Origin: Burkholderiales bacterium
Lineage (GTDB): Bacteria; Pseudomonadota; Gammaproteobacteria; Burkholderiales; JACQAP01
Direction of reading: 5' to 3'
NCBI GenBank assembly: GCA_036384015.1
Contig: DASVNF010000232.1
Location: forward strand, 1-48,495
DNA length: 48,495 nt
Shown here one piece after another: positions 24,672 through 33,075 of the stretch (positions within the stretch are counted from its first letter, which is position 1; each line of letters starts with the position of its first letter). The translations under genes were made by a program, and so were the position numbers. The notes under the pieces are model-generated. The model was not told the DNA's origin and ran no database searches. It worked only from the letters and a program-made list of their open reading frames with translations.

Positions 24672-24829
24672 CATCACAGAGATACAGAGGATACAGAGGA
24701 AACCAAAGTGGATCGAAAAGCGAATGACACAGTACGCATTTTGCGACCCCGTCAATCGTGATGCCGCTCAAACGCCAGTTAGTTGTTCCCCGTTCTCGCC
24801 TTCAGTTTTTCTCTGTGTCGTCTGTGAGG
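24672..24829. repeat. Hairpin repeat copy F (unit ACAGAGG)
   Basis: The left arm is CATCACAGAGATACAGAGGATACAGAGGAAACC. The reverse complement of the right arm is CCTCACAGACGACACAGAGAAAAAC. AGATCTAAG, which contains the coxL stop codon, follows directly. Confidence 0.7.
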
Positions 24830-24834
24830 AAGAT

Positions 24835-27138
24835 CTAAGCAGCCTGGGACTTATTGATCGCCCGCCAGACCTTCTCGGGCGTTGCGGGCATTTCGATCTG
24901 TTTTACGCCCAAAGGACGCAGGGCATCGATCACGGCGTTCATGACGGTGGGCGTGCCGCCGACCGTGCCGAGTTCGCCGACGCCCTTGGCGCCGAGGGGA
25001 TTGATCTTGCAGGGCGTGGTTTCGTCAGTGAAGGTGGTGAAATTGGGCAGGTCGTCAGCGCGCGGCAGGCAGTAATCCAGCAGCGAACCGGTGACCAGCT
25101 GGCCGCTCTCGGGATCGTAGTGGGTGTTTTCCAGCAGCGCCTGGCCGACGGCCTGCGCGATGCCGCCATGCACCTGGCCGGCAACGATCAGGGGGTTGAT
25201 GACACGACCCACGTCGTCGACCGTCGTGTAGCGCACGATCCGGGTGACGCCGGTTTCCGGATCGATCTCCACTTCGCAGACGTGGCAGCTGTTCGGCCAG
25301 GAAGGTCCGTCCACTTTTTGCAGGGTCGTGATGGCAATGCGCTTTTCCGGCTGCTTGGCGGCGAGGTAGAACAGACCGATGTCCAGGTCCGTTCCGGCCA
25401 CTTTGAATCGACCGTCGCGGTATTCGATGTCCTGGCCCGCGGCTTCCAGTGCGTCGGCGGCAAGCTGCCGGCCTTTTTCAATAGTCTCCTTTGACGCGGT
25501 CAGCATCGCCGAGCCGCCGATGTACAGCGAGCGGCTGCCCATGCTGCCGATGCCCTGGGCGATGTCGCTGTCGCCCTGGACGATGACGATGCGATCCGGG
25601 TCGATATCAAGGGTTTCGGAAATGATCTGCACATAGCTGGTCTCGATGCCCTGGCCCATCGCCTGCATCGCCGTATAGACGAGCACCCTGCCATCGGCCT
25701 CGATGTGCAGGTTGACGGTTTCCTCGTGCACCACGCCCGTCCATTCCAGGAACGTGGACAGGGCCCTGCCGCGCAGCCTGCCGCGCTTCTTGGATTCGTC
25801 GCGGCGCGCGGGATAACCCTTCCAGTCCGCGGCTTCGAGGATGCGATCGAGCATGTGCGGGAAATTGCCGCTGTCGAATTTCTCGCCCATCGGGGTCTTG
25901 TAGGGCATTTGCGAGGGCTGGATGAAATTGCGCCTGCGCAGTTCCGCCGGATCCATTTTCATCTCCGCCGCCGCCTGATCCATCAGGCGTTCGAGCAGGT
26001 AAATGGCTTCCGGCCTTCCGGCGCCGCGATAGGCGCCAACCAGGTTGGTGTTGGTCATCACGGCGGTGCCGCGCAGATGCAGCGCCGGAACATGGTAGAC
26101 GCCGGTGATGACCTTGGGCCCGACCGCAACGACGATCACCGCGCCCGGACCCGTGGCATGAGCACCGATGTTGCCGATGATGTTTACGCGCAAACCGAGG
26201 ATCTTGCCTTCCGCATCGAAGGCCAGTTCCGCCTCGTTGATCTGGTCGCGGCCGTGGTTGCCGCCGAGGAATTCCTCGCTGCGGCTGGCGCGCCAATGCA
26301 CGGCGCGCTTGAGCTTGCGCGCAGCCCAGGCGCACACCACGTCCTCGGCGTACAGCTGCGTCTTCATGCCGAAGCCGCCGCCGACATCGCCGACGACGAC
26401 GCGCACGTCCTTCATCGGAACCTTCAGGCAGCCTTCGGCCAGCGTCTTCTGCAATCCGGCGGGGTTCTGGCAACTGGTACGCAGAATGGTGCGTCCGGTC
26501 TTCGCATCGAATTCGGCGATGCTGCCGCGCGGCTCCATGCTTACCGGCACCAGGCGCTGGTTGTAGAGGGAGAGCTTGGTGATGTGCTGGGCCTTGGCGA
26601 AAGCGGCGTCGCACAAGTCCTTCTTGCCGAATTCCGTCTGCGCGGCAATATTGCCCGGCGCCTTGTCCCAGAGCAGCGGCGCGCCCTTGGCGATCGCGGC
26701 CGCAATGGTCACGACCGCGGGGAGTTCCTTGTAGTCCACCATCACCTGTTCGGCTGCATCTTCCGCCTGGATGCGGGTCTGGGCGAATACGGCAGCCACC
26801 GGCTCGCCTACATAGCGTGCTGCATCGGTAGCGAGTGCGTAGTGGGGAGCGCCGCACATGGCTTCGCCGTCGGCGCGCTTCAGGCCCGCGCCATCCGGCA
26901 ACGGACCTATCCCGTCGGCAAGCATGTCAGCGCCGGTCAGCACCGCCGCGACGCCCGGCATGGCTTTTGCAGCGCTGGCGTCGATCGAGGCTATTCGGGC
27001 GTGGGCGTGCGGGGAACGCACGAAGGCGACGAAAAGTTCGTTGCCGGCCGCCACGTCATCCACATATTGCCCGGTGCCGAGGAGGAGTCGAAGGTCTTCC
27101 CTGCGGGTCAGCGCCTGACCGATGCCGAACTTTGCCAT
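24835..27138 (-). CDS. coxL: Molybdopterin-binding large subunit of a xanthine-dehydrogenase-family enzyme, form-II CoxL-like
   Basis: 767 aa. The active-site loop AYRGAGR is encoded at 26014-26034, checked by translating the reverse strand. That is the form-II signature, not the AYxCSFR of bona fide CO dehydrogenases. Confidence 0.9.
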   Translation of the reverse strand: MAKFGIGQALTRREDLRLLLGTGQYVDDVAAGNELFVAFVRSPHAHARIASIDASAAKAMPGVAAVLTGADMLADGIGPLPDGAGLKRADGEAMCGAPHYALATDAARYVGEPVAAVFAQTRIQAEDAAEQVMVDYKELPAVVTIAAAIAKGAPLLWDKAPGNIAAQTEFGKKDLCDAAFAKAQHITKLSLYNQRLVPVSMEPRGSIAEFDAKTGRTILRTSCQNPAGLQKTLAEGCLKVPMKDVRVVVGDVGGGFGMKTQLYAEDVVCAWAARKLKRAVHWRASRSEEFLGGNHGRDQINEAELAFDAEGKILGLRVNIIGNIGAHATGPGAVIVVAVGPKVITGVYHVPALHLRGTAVMTNTNLVGAYRGAGRPEAIYLLERLMDQAAAEMKMDPAELRRRNFIQPSQMPYKTPMGEKFDSGNFPHMLDRILEAADWKGYPARRDESKKRGRLRGRALSTFLEWTGVVHEETVNLHIEADGRVLVYTAMQAMGQGIETSYVQIISETLDIDPDRIVIVQGDSDIAQGIGSMGSRSLYIGGSAMLTASKETIEKGRQLAADALEAAGQDIEYRDGRFKVAGTDLDIGLFYLAAKQPEKRIAITTLQKVDGPSWPNSCHVCEVEIDPETGVTRIVRYTTVDDVGRVINPLIVAGQVHGGIAQAVGQALLENTHYDPESGQLVTGSLLDYCLPRADDLPNFTTFTDETTPCKINPLGAKGVGELGTVGGTPTVMNAVIDALRPLGVKQIEMPATPEKVWRAINKSQAA

Positions 27139-27337
27139 GCTTTATCCTTTTTCTATCAGTGTGCGCCGCGAACGGGGATTGAAGTCCGGGCGCTGCTATT
27201 TGGGCAATGTCCGGGAATTTTACGCCAGCCTTCCGGCGGACGTCCGGTCCGCTTTCGGTTGTGTCAGGGGCTGTGGTTGTCTAGGATTCCGGTTTGGCCG
27301 GCAATGCCGGCGTTCACCGTCGAAGAAGGGAAGACCC

Positions 27338-27802
27338 ATGCCAGTCCGGTTGACCATGACCGTAAACGGAAAGCCCGTGAGCGCGGAAGTCGAGCCGCGC
27401 CTGCTGCTGGTGGATTTCATCCGGGACACGTTGCGCCTCACCGGCACGCACATCGGCTGCGATACTGCCCAATGCGGCGCCTGTACGATCCACATGAACG
27501 GAAATGCGGTGAAATGCTGCAACATGCTGGCGGTCCAGGCGCAGGGCGCCCAGATCGTTACCATTGAAGGCCTCGCCAAGGCCGACGGCACCATGCATCC
27601 GATGCAGGCGGCATTCCGCGATCACCATGGCCTGCAGTGCGGCTATTGCACCCCCGGCATGGTGATGAGCGCGCTGGACCTGGTAAAGCGGCATCCCAAT
27701 CCCAGCGAAGAGACGATTCGCGCGGAACTCGATGGCAACCTGTGTCGCTGCACCGGTTACCACAACATCGTCAAAGCCGTGCAAGCCGGCGCCAAGGCCT
27801 GA
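27338..27802 (+). CDS. coxS: (2Fe-2S)-binding small subunit, CoxS-like
   Basis: ORF 27122..27802 trimmed to [14 protein letters not shown]... (ATG 27338), with GAAGGGAAG upstream. [10 protein letters not shown] and CGYCTPGM...CRCTGY cluster motifs. Confidence 0.9.
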   Translation: MPVRLTMTVNGKPVSAEVEPRLLLVDFIRDTLRLTGTHIGCDTAQCGACTIHMNGNAVKCCNMLAVQAQGAQIVTIEGLAKADGTMHPMQAAFRDHHGLQCGYCTPGMVMSALDLVKRHPNPSEETIRAELDGNLCRCTGYHNIVKAVQAGAKA

Positions 27803-27813
27803 GGCATTATGCC

Positions 27814-27861
27814 CAACGCAAAGCGTTGCGACCTTCGCGTTCTTCGCGCCTTGCGTTGAGG
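27814..27861. repeat. Compact hairpin-repeat copy I (unit GCAAAGG/GCGAAG) in the coxS-coxM spacer
   Basis: CAACGCAAAGCG pairs with CGCCTTGCGTTG. The right arm CCTTCGCGTTCTTCGCGCCTTGCGTTGAGG has the same unit style as copy H. There is no separate core. Confidence 0.45.
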
Positions 27862-27880
27862 TTTAACTGAGGGTTAGAAC

Positions 27881-28684
27881 ATGCATGAATTCAATTATCA
27901 CAAGGCGTCGAGCGTCGCGGACGCCGCCGCAAGGATCGCCTCCTCCTCCGATGGCAAGCTGCTCGCCGGGGGACAAACACTGATTGCCGCCATGAAAATG
28001 CGCCTTGCGGCGCCGGCGGATATCGTCGACCTCGGCGGGATCGCCGACTTGCGGGGCATCAAGGTCGAAGGCGGCGGCATCGTAGTCGGCGCCATGACCA
28101 CCCATGCCGAGGTTTCCGCGTCGAAGGACGTGCAGAAGGCCATTCCGGCGCTTGCGGTTCTGGCCGGCAGCATCGGGGACCGCATGGTCCGCAATATGGG
28201 CACGCTCGGCGGATCAGTCGCCAACAATGATCCCGCGGCGGACTATCCCGCGGCCCTGGTGGCTTTGGGCGCTACGGTCATTACCAGCAGGCGCAAGCTC
28301 GCGGCGGACCAGTTTTTCACCGGCATGTACGAAACCGCGCTGGAAACCGGCGAGATCATCACCTCGGTCTCATTTCCGGTACCCAAGCGCGCCGGCTACA
28401 TGAAATTCAAGAACCCGGCATCGCGTTACGCGATGGTCGGCGTATTCGTGGCTGACACGGCAAGCGGCGTCCGCGTTGCCGTCACCGGCGCGGGCCCCAG
28501 CGTATTTCGCGTGGCTGATATGGAGAAGGCCCTGGCCAAGTCGTTTTCTCCAGATGCGGCCGCCAATGTGAAAGTCTCCGCGAACGGCTTGAACACCGAC
28601 ATCCACGCCAGTGCCGAATATCGCGCGCATCTGGTCTCGGTAATGGCGAAGCGCGCGGTGGAGCAGGCTCTTGCCGGAAAATAA
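27881..28684 (+). CDS. coxM: FAD-binding medium subunit, CoxM-like
   Basis: 267 aa. LLAGGQTLIAAMKMRL, GGSVANNDPAADYP and a CO-dehydrogenase flavoprotein C-terminal domain. Confidence 0.9.
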   Translation: MHEFNYHKASSVADAAARIASSSDGKLLAGGQTLIAAMKMRLAAPADIVDLGGIADLRGIKVEGGGIVVGAMTTHAEVSASKDVQKAIPALAVLAGSIGDRMVRNMGTLGGSVANNDPAADYPAALVALGATVITSRRKLAADQFFTGMYETALETGEIITSVSFPVPKRAGYMKFKNPASRYAMVGVFVADTASGVRVAVTGAGPSVFRVADMEKALAKSFSPDAAANVKVSANGLNTDIHASAEYRAHLVSVMAKRAVEQALAGK

Positions 28685-29594
28685 ACAGGCGCTGCCTCAG
28701 TCCATCGACGCAACCCTTGAGCTGTTGGCGCGCGGCGAATACGTCGCGGAACGTTCGCTTGCCACCGCCGTGTTCCTCGCCCTGCGCATGGGCCGGCCGC
28801 TGTTCCTCGAAGGCGAAGCCGGCGTCGGCAAGACCGAGATTGCCAAGGTCCTTTCCGGCACACTGGGCCGGCCGCTGATCCGCTTGCAATGCTACGAGGG
28901 CCTGGACATCGCCTCGGCGGTGTACGAATGGAATTATCCGAGGCAGATGATCGAGATTCGCCTGGCGGAAGCGGGCGGCGCGGGTTCCAAGGAAAGCCTG
29001 GAGAAGGACATCTTCAGTGAACGCTTCCTGATCCGCCGTCCGTTGCTGCAGGCGCTGGATTCTTCGAATGGCGAGCCTCCCGTGCTCCTGATCGACGAAC
29101 TGGACCGCACCGACGAGCCGTTCGAGGCCTACCTGCTGGAAGTCCTGGCGGATTTTCAGGTGACCATTCCCGAGATCGGCACCATCAGGGCGGCGCAGCC
29201 GCCGATCGTCATCATCACGTCGAACCGCACGCGTGAAATCCATGACGCGGTGAAGCGTCGTTGCCTCTACCATTGGGTGGACTATCCCGTCGCGGCACGC
29301 GAACTCGAGATCGTCAAGCGCAAGGCCCCCCGGGTTGCCGAAAAGCTGTCGGGGGAGGTCGTGGCTTTCGTGCAGAAGCTGCGGGCCATGGACCTTTTCA
29401 AGCGCCCCGGTATAGCCGAGACGATCGATTGGGCCAAAGCCCTGGTCGAACTGGACCGCCAGTCGCTGGATGCGGGCACAGTCAACGATACCCTCGGCGT
29501 GCTGCTCAAGTACCAGGACGACATTTCCGCCGTGCGCGGCAGCGAGGCGGCGCGCATCCTCGAGGAAATCCGGGCCGAAGTCGCTGCGCACTGA
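28671..29594 (+). CDS. coxD: MoxR-class AAA+ ATPase, CoxD-like
   Basis: 307 aa. Walker A GEAGVGKT and Walker B LLIDELDR. TTG start at 28671 overlaps the coxM end by 14 nt, so the start is uncertain. Confidence 0.85.
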   Translation: MPENKQALPQSIDATLELLARGEYVAERSLATAVFLALRMGRPLFLEGEAGVGKTEIAKVLSGTLGRPLIRLQCYEGLDIASAVYEWNYPRQMIEIRLAEAGGAGSKESLEKDIFSERFLIRRPLLQALDSSNGEPPVLLIDELDRTDEPFEAYLLEVLADFQVTIPEIGTIRAAQPPIVIITSNRTREIHDAVKRRCLYHWVDYPVAARELEIVKRKAPRVAEKLSGEVVAFVQKLRAMDLFKRPGIAETIDWAKALVELDRQSLDAGTVNDTLGVLLKYQDDISAVRGSEAARILEEIRAEVAAH

Positions 29595-29612
29595 ATGTGG
29601 GACCTACACCCT

Positions 29613-29762
29613 TTCACCGCAGAGGCGCAGAGGACGCAGAGAAAAACCAATGACAATACGTGAGACGTCGTATTGGCACACCGGCAGGCAAGCGCCTGCC
29701 ACGAGCGTTGAACCAGTCTGACCCTGGATCTTGTTTTCCTCTGTGTCCTCTGTGCGTGGTGG
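29613..29762. repeat. Hairpin repeat copy G (unit GCAGAGG / ACAGAGG)
   Basis: The left arm is TTCACCGCAGAGGCGCAGAGGACGCAGAGAAAAACCAA. The reverse complement of the right arm is CCACCACGCACAGAGGACACAGAGGAAAACAAG. The core contains two further perfect 7-bp hairpins (29654-29675 and 29683-29700). Confidence 0.8.
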
Positions 29763-29782
29763 ATGGAAAGATGCAGAAGGGT

Positions 29783-29816
29783 GAAAAAAAAGCCCCGGCA
29801 AGCCGGGGCTTTTTTG
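29783..29816. terminator. Bidirectional intrinsic terminator
   Basis: An A-run, then stem AGCCCCGG (29791-29798), loop CAAG, stem CCGGGGCT (29803-29810), then a T-run. It lies between the convergent coxD transcript and the 40-aa gene. Confidence 0.8.
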
Positions 29817-29832
29817 GTGTGTTCCGGGTGGA

Positions 29833-29955
29833 TTACTTGTACTTCGCCCAGAGTTCCTCATTGAGTTTCGCCTGTTCCTTGCCGAGAGACATCACCCAGT
29901 AGAGGCAGCCGATGACGACGGTGAGCGGACCCAGAAGCAGAATTGCGGAAGTCAT
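29833..29955 (-). CDS. Small membrane protein, 40 aa (below ORF-track cutoff)
   Basis: The reverse-strand translation is MTSAILLLGPLTVVIGCLYWVMSLGKEQAKLNEELWAKYK*. TAGGAGT lies 7 nt upstream of the ATG. The gene has GC-rich third positions. The strong terminator starts 17 nt after its stop. Confidence 0.6.
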   Translation of the reverse strand: MTSAILLLGPLTVVIGCLYWVMSLGKEQAKLNEELWAKYK

Positions 29956-30116
29956 GCCTTGTTACTCCTATTTTTGGGAAGAGTCGCCGAAGGTCGCGAC
30001 AGGCTAAGCGGAGCTTTTGGCTCGGGCCTGAATAAGACCGGGAAGCACGGCGGCGGCGAATGATACCCGATACGCGGACGGAAGTTGCTGCAGTTTGTTA
30101 CGGCAGGGTGAGCCCC

Positions 30117-30303
30117 CAACCGCAAAGGCGCGAAGACGCAAAGGGGTCGCAAAGAAAGGCAATGAAAACCGGGAAGGAGCGCGGATCATCATTCGCGCGA
30201 CTATTGTCGCTGGTGGAATAAAACTCACGCAGACTACCCATCACGCCGTTTTTTTTGTCCTCCTGTGCGCTTCCTTCGCGTCCTTTGCGCCTTTGCGGTG
30301 AGG
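30117..30303. repeat. Hairpin repeat copy H (units GCAAAGG/GCGAAG)
   Basis: The left arm is CAACCGCAAAGGCGCGAAGACGCAAAGGGGTCGCAAAGAAAGGCAATG. The reverse complement of the right arm is CCTCACCGCAAAGGCGCAAAGGACGCGAAGGAAGCGCACAGGAGGAC. The right arm ends 6 nt before the stop of the DpgC-like gene. Confidence 0.8.
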
Positions 30304-30309
30304 TTGACT

Positions 30310-31728
30310 CTAAAGCTTGCGGCTCTTGGCGTTCCAGTGCATTTCGAGGTTGGAGATCAGCGCCGGGCTGAAATGGCAGTAGGCCTGTTCGAGCGCGTAG
30401 GTGGCGAAGTAACGGCGGAACAGGTCGAGGGGCTCCTGGGATACGCGCATGGCGCGCCGGTTCGAGGCCGAGCTGACGACGCCCGACCCGGTGAAATTTT
30501 CGACTACACGGTCGATCGCCGCATCCATGTCGCCGGGGTCGACGATTTCATCGCAGATCAGCATGCCTTCCGGGCTGTCGCATTCGAGCCGGCGCTGGTA
30601 CATGATCGCCTGGCGTGCGATGCGTTCACCCGTGAAGCGGGGCAGGCGCATGTTGGCCGCGCCGGGGATGATGCCTTCCTTGCGCGCGGGCAAGCTGAGA
30701 AACGCACCGCGCGCGGCCAGTACATAGTCCATGGTCAGCAGGTACTGGCAGTGCCCGCCGATGGCGAACTCCTCCACCACGCTGATCCAGGGTTTTTCGA
30801 TGGTCTGTCCGTGGACGTCGTCGGGCACCATGTTTTCACGCGCCACGCCGCGGTAGAACTTGTTGACGATGCCCAGGTCGCGCTGCAGGTACCAGATGAA
30901 TGGGATCTTGCCGTAGTAAAGGTGCGTCAGGTTGATGCCGCTGCCGAGCATGCGACGGCCGTCGTACTTGCCCCCTTGCACAGGGTCACCGCGCAACACG
31001 CCGATCTGCGTGTCGGGATCGAGGATCGCGATGTCGACCGCGATTTCCGCCGCATCGATCGTGGTGTCGTCTTCTGCGTTCAGGTGGCGCGGATTCTTCT
31101 GGATCACATAGGCAGCGTTGCCTTTGCGGAAAATCTCGGCCGCGCCGAGGTCCAGCCGGCCGCTGCCGCGGAATTCGGGCAGCCGTTCGATCGCCTCCGG
31201 GCGGGGCAGCAGCATGGCGTGGCAAAGGTGCATTCCCGTCTCGGCGTTGGCCAGCACGCTGCTGACGAAGATGCCCTGGTCGATCTCGAACCCGTCCTTG
31301 TCACGCTGCATCAGCGCCGATTCGATGTCGACCTGGGCCTGGGTGGGGGTCAACCCCGGGACCAGGGCGGCGGCGTCATAAATAAGGTTCTCGACGCGCA
31401 CGAACTTTGAACGGTTGCGCGTGAGCTTGTCGTAGACCACCATCGCATGCGCGCGAAGGAAGGCGGTGCGCGCCTCGCGCGCAACCCGCTTGATCTGCTC
31501 CGCGGCTTCCGCCTGCAAGGCGTCGCGCGCGGGCTTCGCCGGCAGCCTCGCCAGGATCTGTGCGCTGGTCTGCCAGAAACGGGAATAACGAATGCAATCG
31601 CCGGCGAAATCGGCGGTATCGGCCGGGGCCGTCGCATGCCAGGCTTCGATCGCGTCATCGCTGATCTGCGCACGGCGCAGGCTTTCGGTTTCCTGAACGA
31701 GGGGTTTGATTGCGGGTGCCGCCACCAT
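30310..31728 (-). CDS. Crotonase-fold protein resembling DpgC, the cofactor-independent (3,5-dihydroxyphenyl)acetyl-CoA 1,2-dioxygenase
   Basis: 472 aa. An N-terminal helical region of about 200 aa precedes an enoyl-CoA hydratase-like core. That core includes LNAEDD...AVDIAILD...GVLRG, GSGINL, KPWISVVEEFAIGGHCQYLL and SLPARKEGIIPGAANMRL. The domain layout and motifs match my recollection of DpgC. AAAGGAG overlaps the paaK stop. Confidence 0.55.
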   Translation of the reverse strand: MVAAPAIKPLVQETESLRRAQISDDAIEAWHATAPADTADFAGDCIRYSRFWQTSAQILARLPAKPARDALQAEAAEQIKRVAREARTAFLRAHAMVVYDKLTRNRSKFVRVENLIYDAAALVPGLTPTQAQVDIESALMQRDKDGFEIDQGIFVSSVLANAETGMHLCHAMLLPRPEAIERLPEFRGSGRLDLGAAEIFRKGNAAYVIQKNPRHLNAEDDTTIDAAEIAVDIAILDPDTQIGVLRGDPVQGGKYDGRRMLGSGINLTHLYYGKIPFIWYLQRDLGIVNKFYRGVARENMVPDDVHGQTIEKPWISVVEEFAIGGHCQYLLTMDYVLAARGAFLSLPARKEGIIPGAANMRLPRFTGERIARQAIMYQRRLECDSPEGMLICDEIVDPGDMDAAIDRVVENFTGSGVVSSASNRRAMRVSQEPLDLFRRYFATYALEQAYCHFSPALISNLEMHWNAKSRKL

Positions 31729-31736
31729 TGCTCCTT

Positions 31737-33044
31737 TCAGTTCCGGGTCCGTCTGTCGATGACCCGCACGGCCTTGCCTTGGGAGCGTTGCACCGTGCCG
31801 GGCTCGACCACCCGCACCTTCGTGCTCACGCCGATGAAGCCTTTTATCAGGCGCTCGACCTCCTGCTCGACAGTGTTTCGCGCGACGCTGGACAGGGGCC
31901 CCGGGATCTCCTCCCGCCGTTCGACCAGCACGTCAAGCTCGTCGAGGTGCCCCTCGCGACGGATCTCCAGCACGTAATGCGGCGACAGGCTGGCCTGCTT
32001 GACCACGATTTCCTCGATCTGGGAAGGGAAGACGTTCACGCCGCGAATGATGAGCATTTCGTCGCTACGCCCCGTCACGCGGTTCATGGTGCGCATGCTG
32101 CGCTTGCTGCCCGGGCGCAACAGGGTCAGGTCGCGGGTCCGGTAGCGGATTACCGGCATGCCTACCTTGGTCAGTGAAGTCAGGACCAGTTCCCCGGTCT
32201 CGCCATCGGGCAGCACTTCGCCGCTCAGCGGGTCGATGATTTCCGGAAAGAAATGGTCCTCCCAGATCGTGAGTCCGTCGCGCGTATCGATGCATTCCGC
32301 GGCCACACCCGGTCCGATCACTTCGGAAAGCCCGTACAGATCGAGCGCCGCGATGCCGAAGCGCCTCTCCAGTTCCGCCCGCATGCTTTCGGACCATGGC
32401 TCGGCCCCGAAAATGCCCACCCGCAACGAGGTGTCTGCAGGGTCCAGCCCCTGGCGGGCGAACTCATCGGCGATCACCAGGAGATAGGAGGGCGTGGACA
32501 TGATGATGCCGGGCTTGAAGTCCCGGATCAGCTGCACCTGGCGCTCGGTCATTCCGCCGCTGACGGGGATTACGGTGGCGCCCAGCATTTCCGCACCATA
32601 GTGCGCGCCCAGTCCGCCGGTGAACAGTCCGTAGCCGTAGGCGACGTGCACGATGTCCGTGGAACGCCCCCCGGCTGCGCGCAGCGAGCGCGCCATGACC
32701 GTGGCCCAGGTCTCGATGTCCTGTTTCGTATAGCCGACGACCGTGGGCTTGCCGGTGGTGCCGCTCGACGCATGCACGCGCACGATGTCCTGCATCGGGG
32801 TCGCGAACATTCCGAACGGATAATTGGTCCGCAATTCCGATTTGGAGGTGAAGGGGAACTTCGCCAGGTCCTCCAGATTCCGCAGATCGGCGGGTTTGAC
32901 GCCGGCGGCATCGAACGCGCCGCGGTAATGGGGCACGTTGTCGTAGGCGTGGCGCAGGCTCCATTGCATGCGTTGCAGTTGCAGCTCACGCAGCTCGCCG
33001 ACGCCGGCATTCTCGATCGGTTCGGGCTGGTCCAGCGTAACCAT
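31737..33044 (-). CDS. paaK: Phenylacetate-CoA ligase family protein (PaaK-like)
   Basis: ORF 31737..33191 trimmed to MVTLDQPEPIENAG... (ATG 33044), with AGGAGGAAGG upstream. 435 aa. SSGTTGKPTVVGYT AMP-binding motif and YGLSEVIGPGV. Confidence 0.8.
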   Translation of the reverse strand: MVTLDQPEPIENAGVGELRELQLQRMQWSLRHAYDNVPHYRGAFDAAGVKPADLRNLEDLAKFPFTSKSELRTNYPFGMFATPMQDIVRVHASSGTTGKPTVVGYTKQDIETWATVMARSLRAAGGRSTDIVHVAYGYGLFTGGLGAHYGAEMLGATVIPVSGGMTERQVQLIRDFKPGIIMSTPSYLLVIADEFARQGLDPADTSLRVGIFGAEPWSESMRAELERRFGIAALDLYGLSEVIGPGVAAECIDTRDGLTIWEDHFFPEIIDPLSGEVLPDGETGELVLTSLTKVGMPVIRYRTRDLTLLRPGSKRSMRTMNRVTGRSDEMLIIRGVNVFPSQIEEIVVKQASLSPHYVLEIRREGHLDELDVLVERREEIPGPLSSVARNTVEQEVERLIKGFIGVSTKVRVVEPGTVQRSQGKAVRVIDRRTRN

Positions 33045-33075
33045 TGCGCCTTCCTCCTGGCGTGGAGCCGGTAGT

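Noticed and set aside
27139-27337. Sigma54 promoter (TGGCCGGCAATGC) in the divergent cox intergenic region
   Set aside because: The GG to GC spacing is 10 instead of the canonical 12, and the flanking bases do not match TGGCAC-N5-TTGC. No enhancer-binding-protein gene is adjacent.
18036-30303. Possibility that the repeats are a CRISPR array or integron attC sites
   Set aside because: They are not CRISPR. The copies are kilobases apart and separated by genes, each is an inverted repeat with internal tandem units, and no cas genes are present. The attC idea (imperfect inverted repeats with a variable centre just after stop codons) fails for three reasons. The flanking genes are in mixed orientation and include core metabolic operons. 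No intI is present. The termini do not fit GTTRRRY/RYYYAAC consistently.
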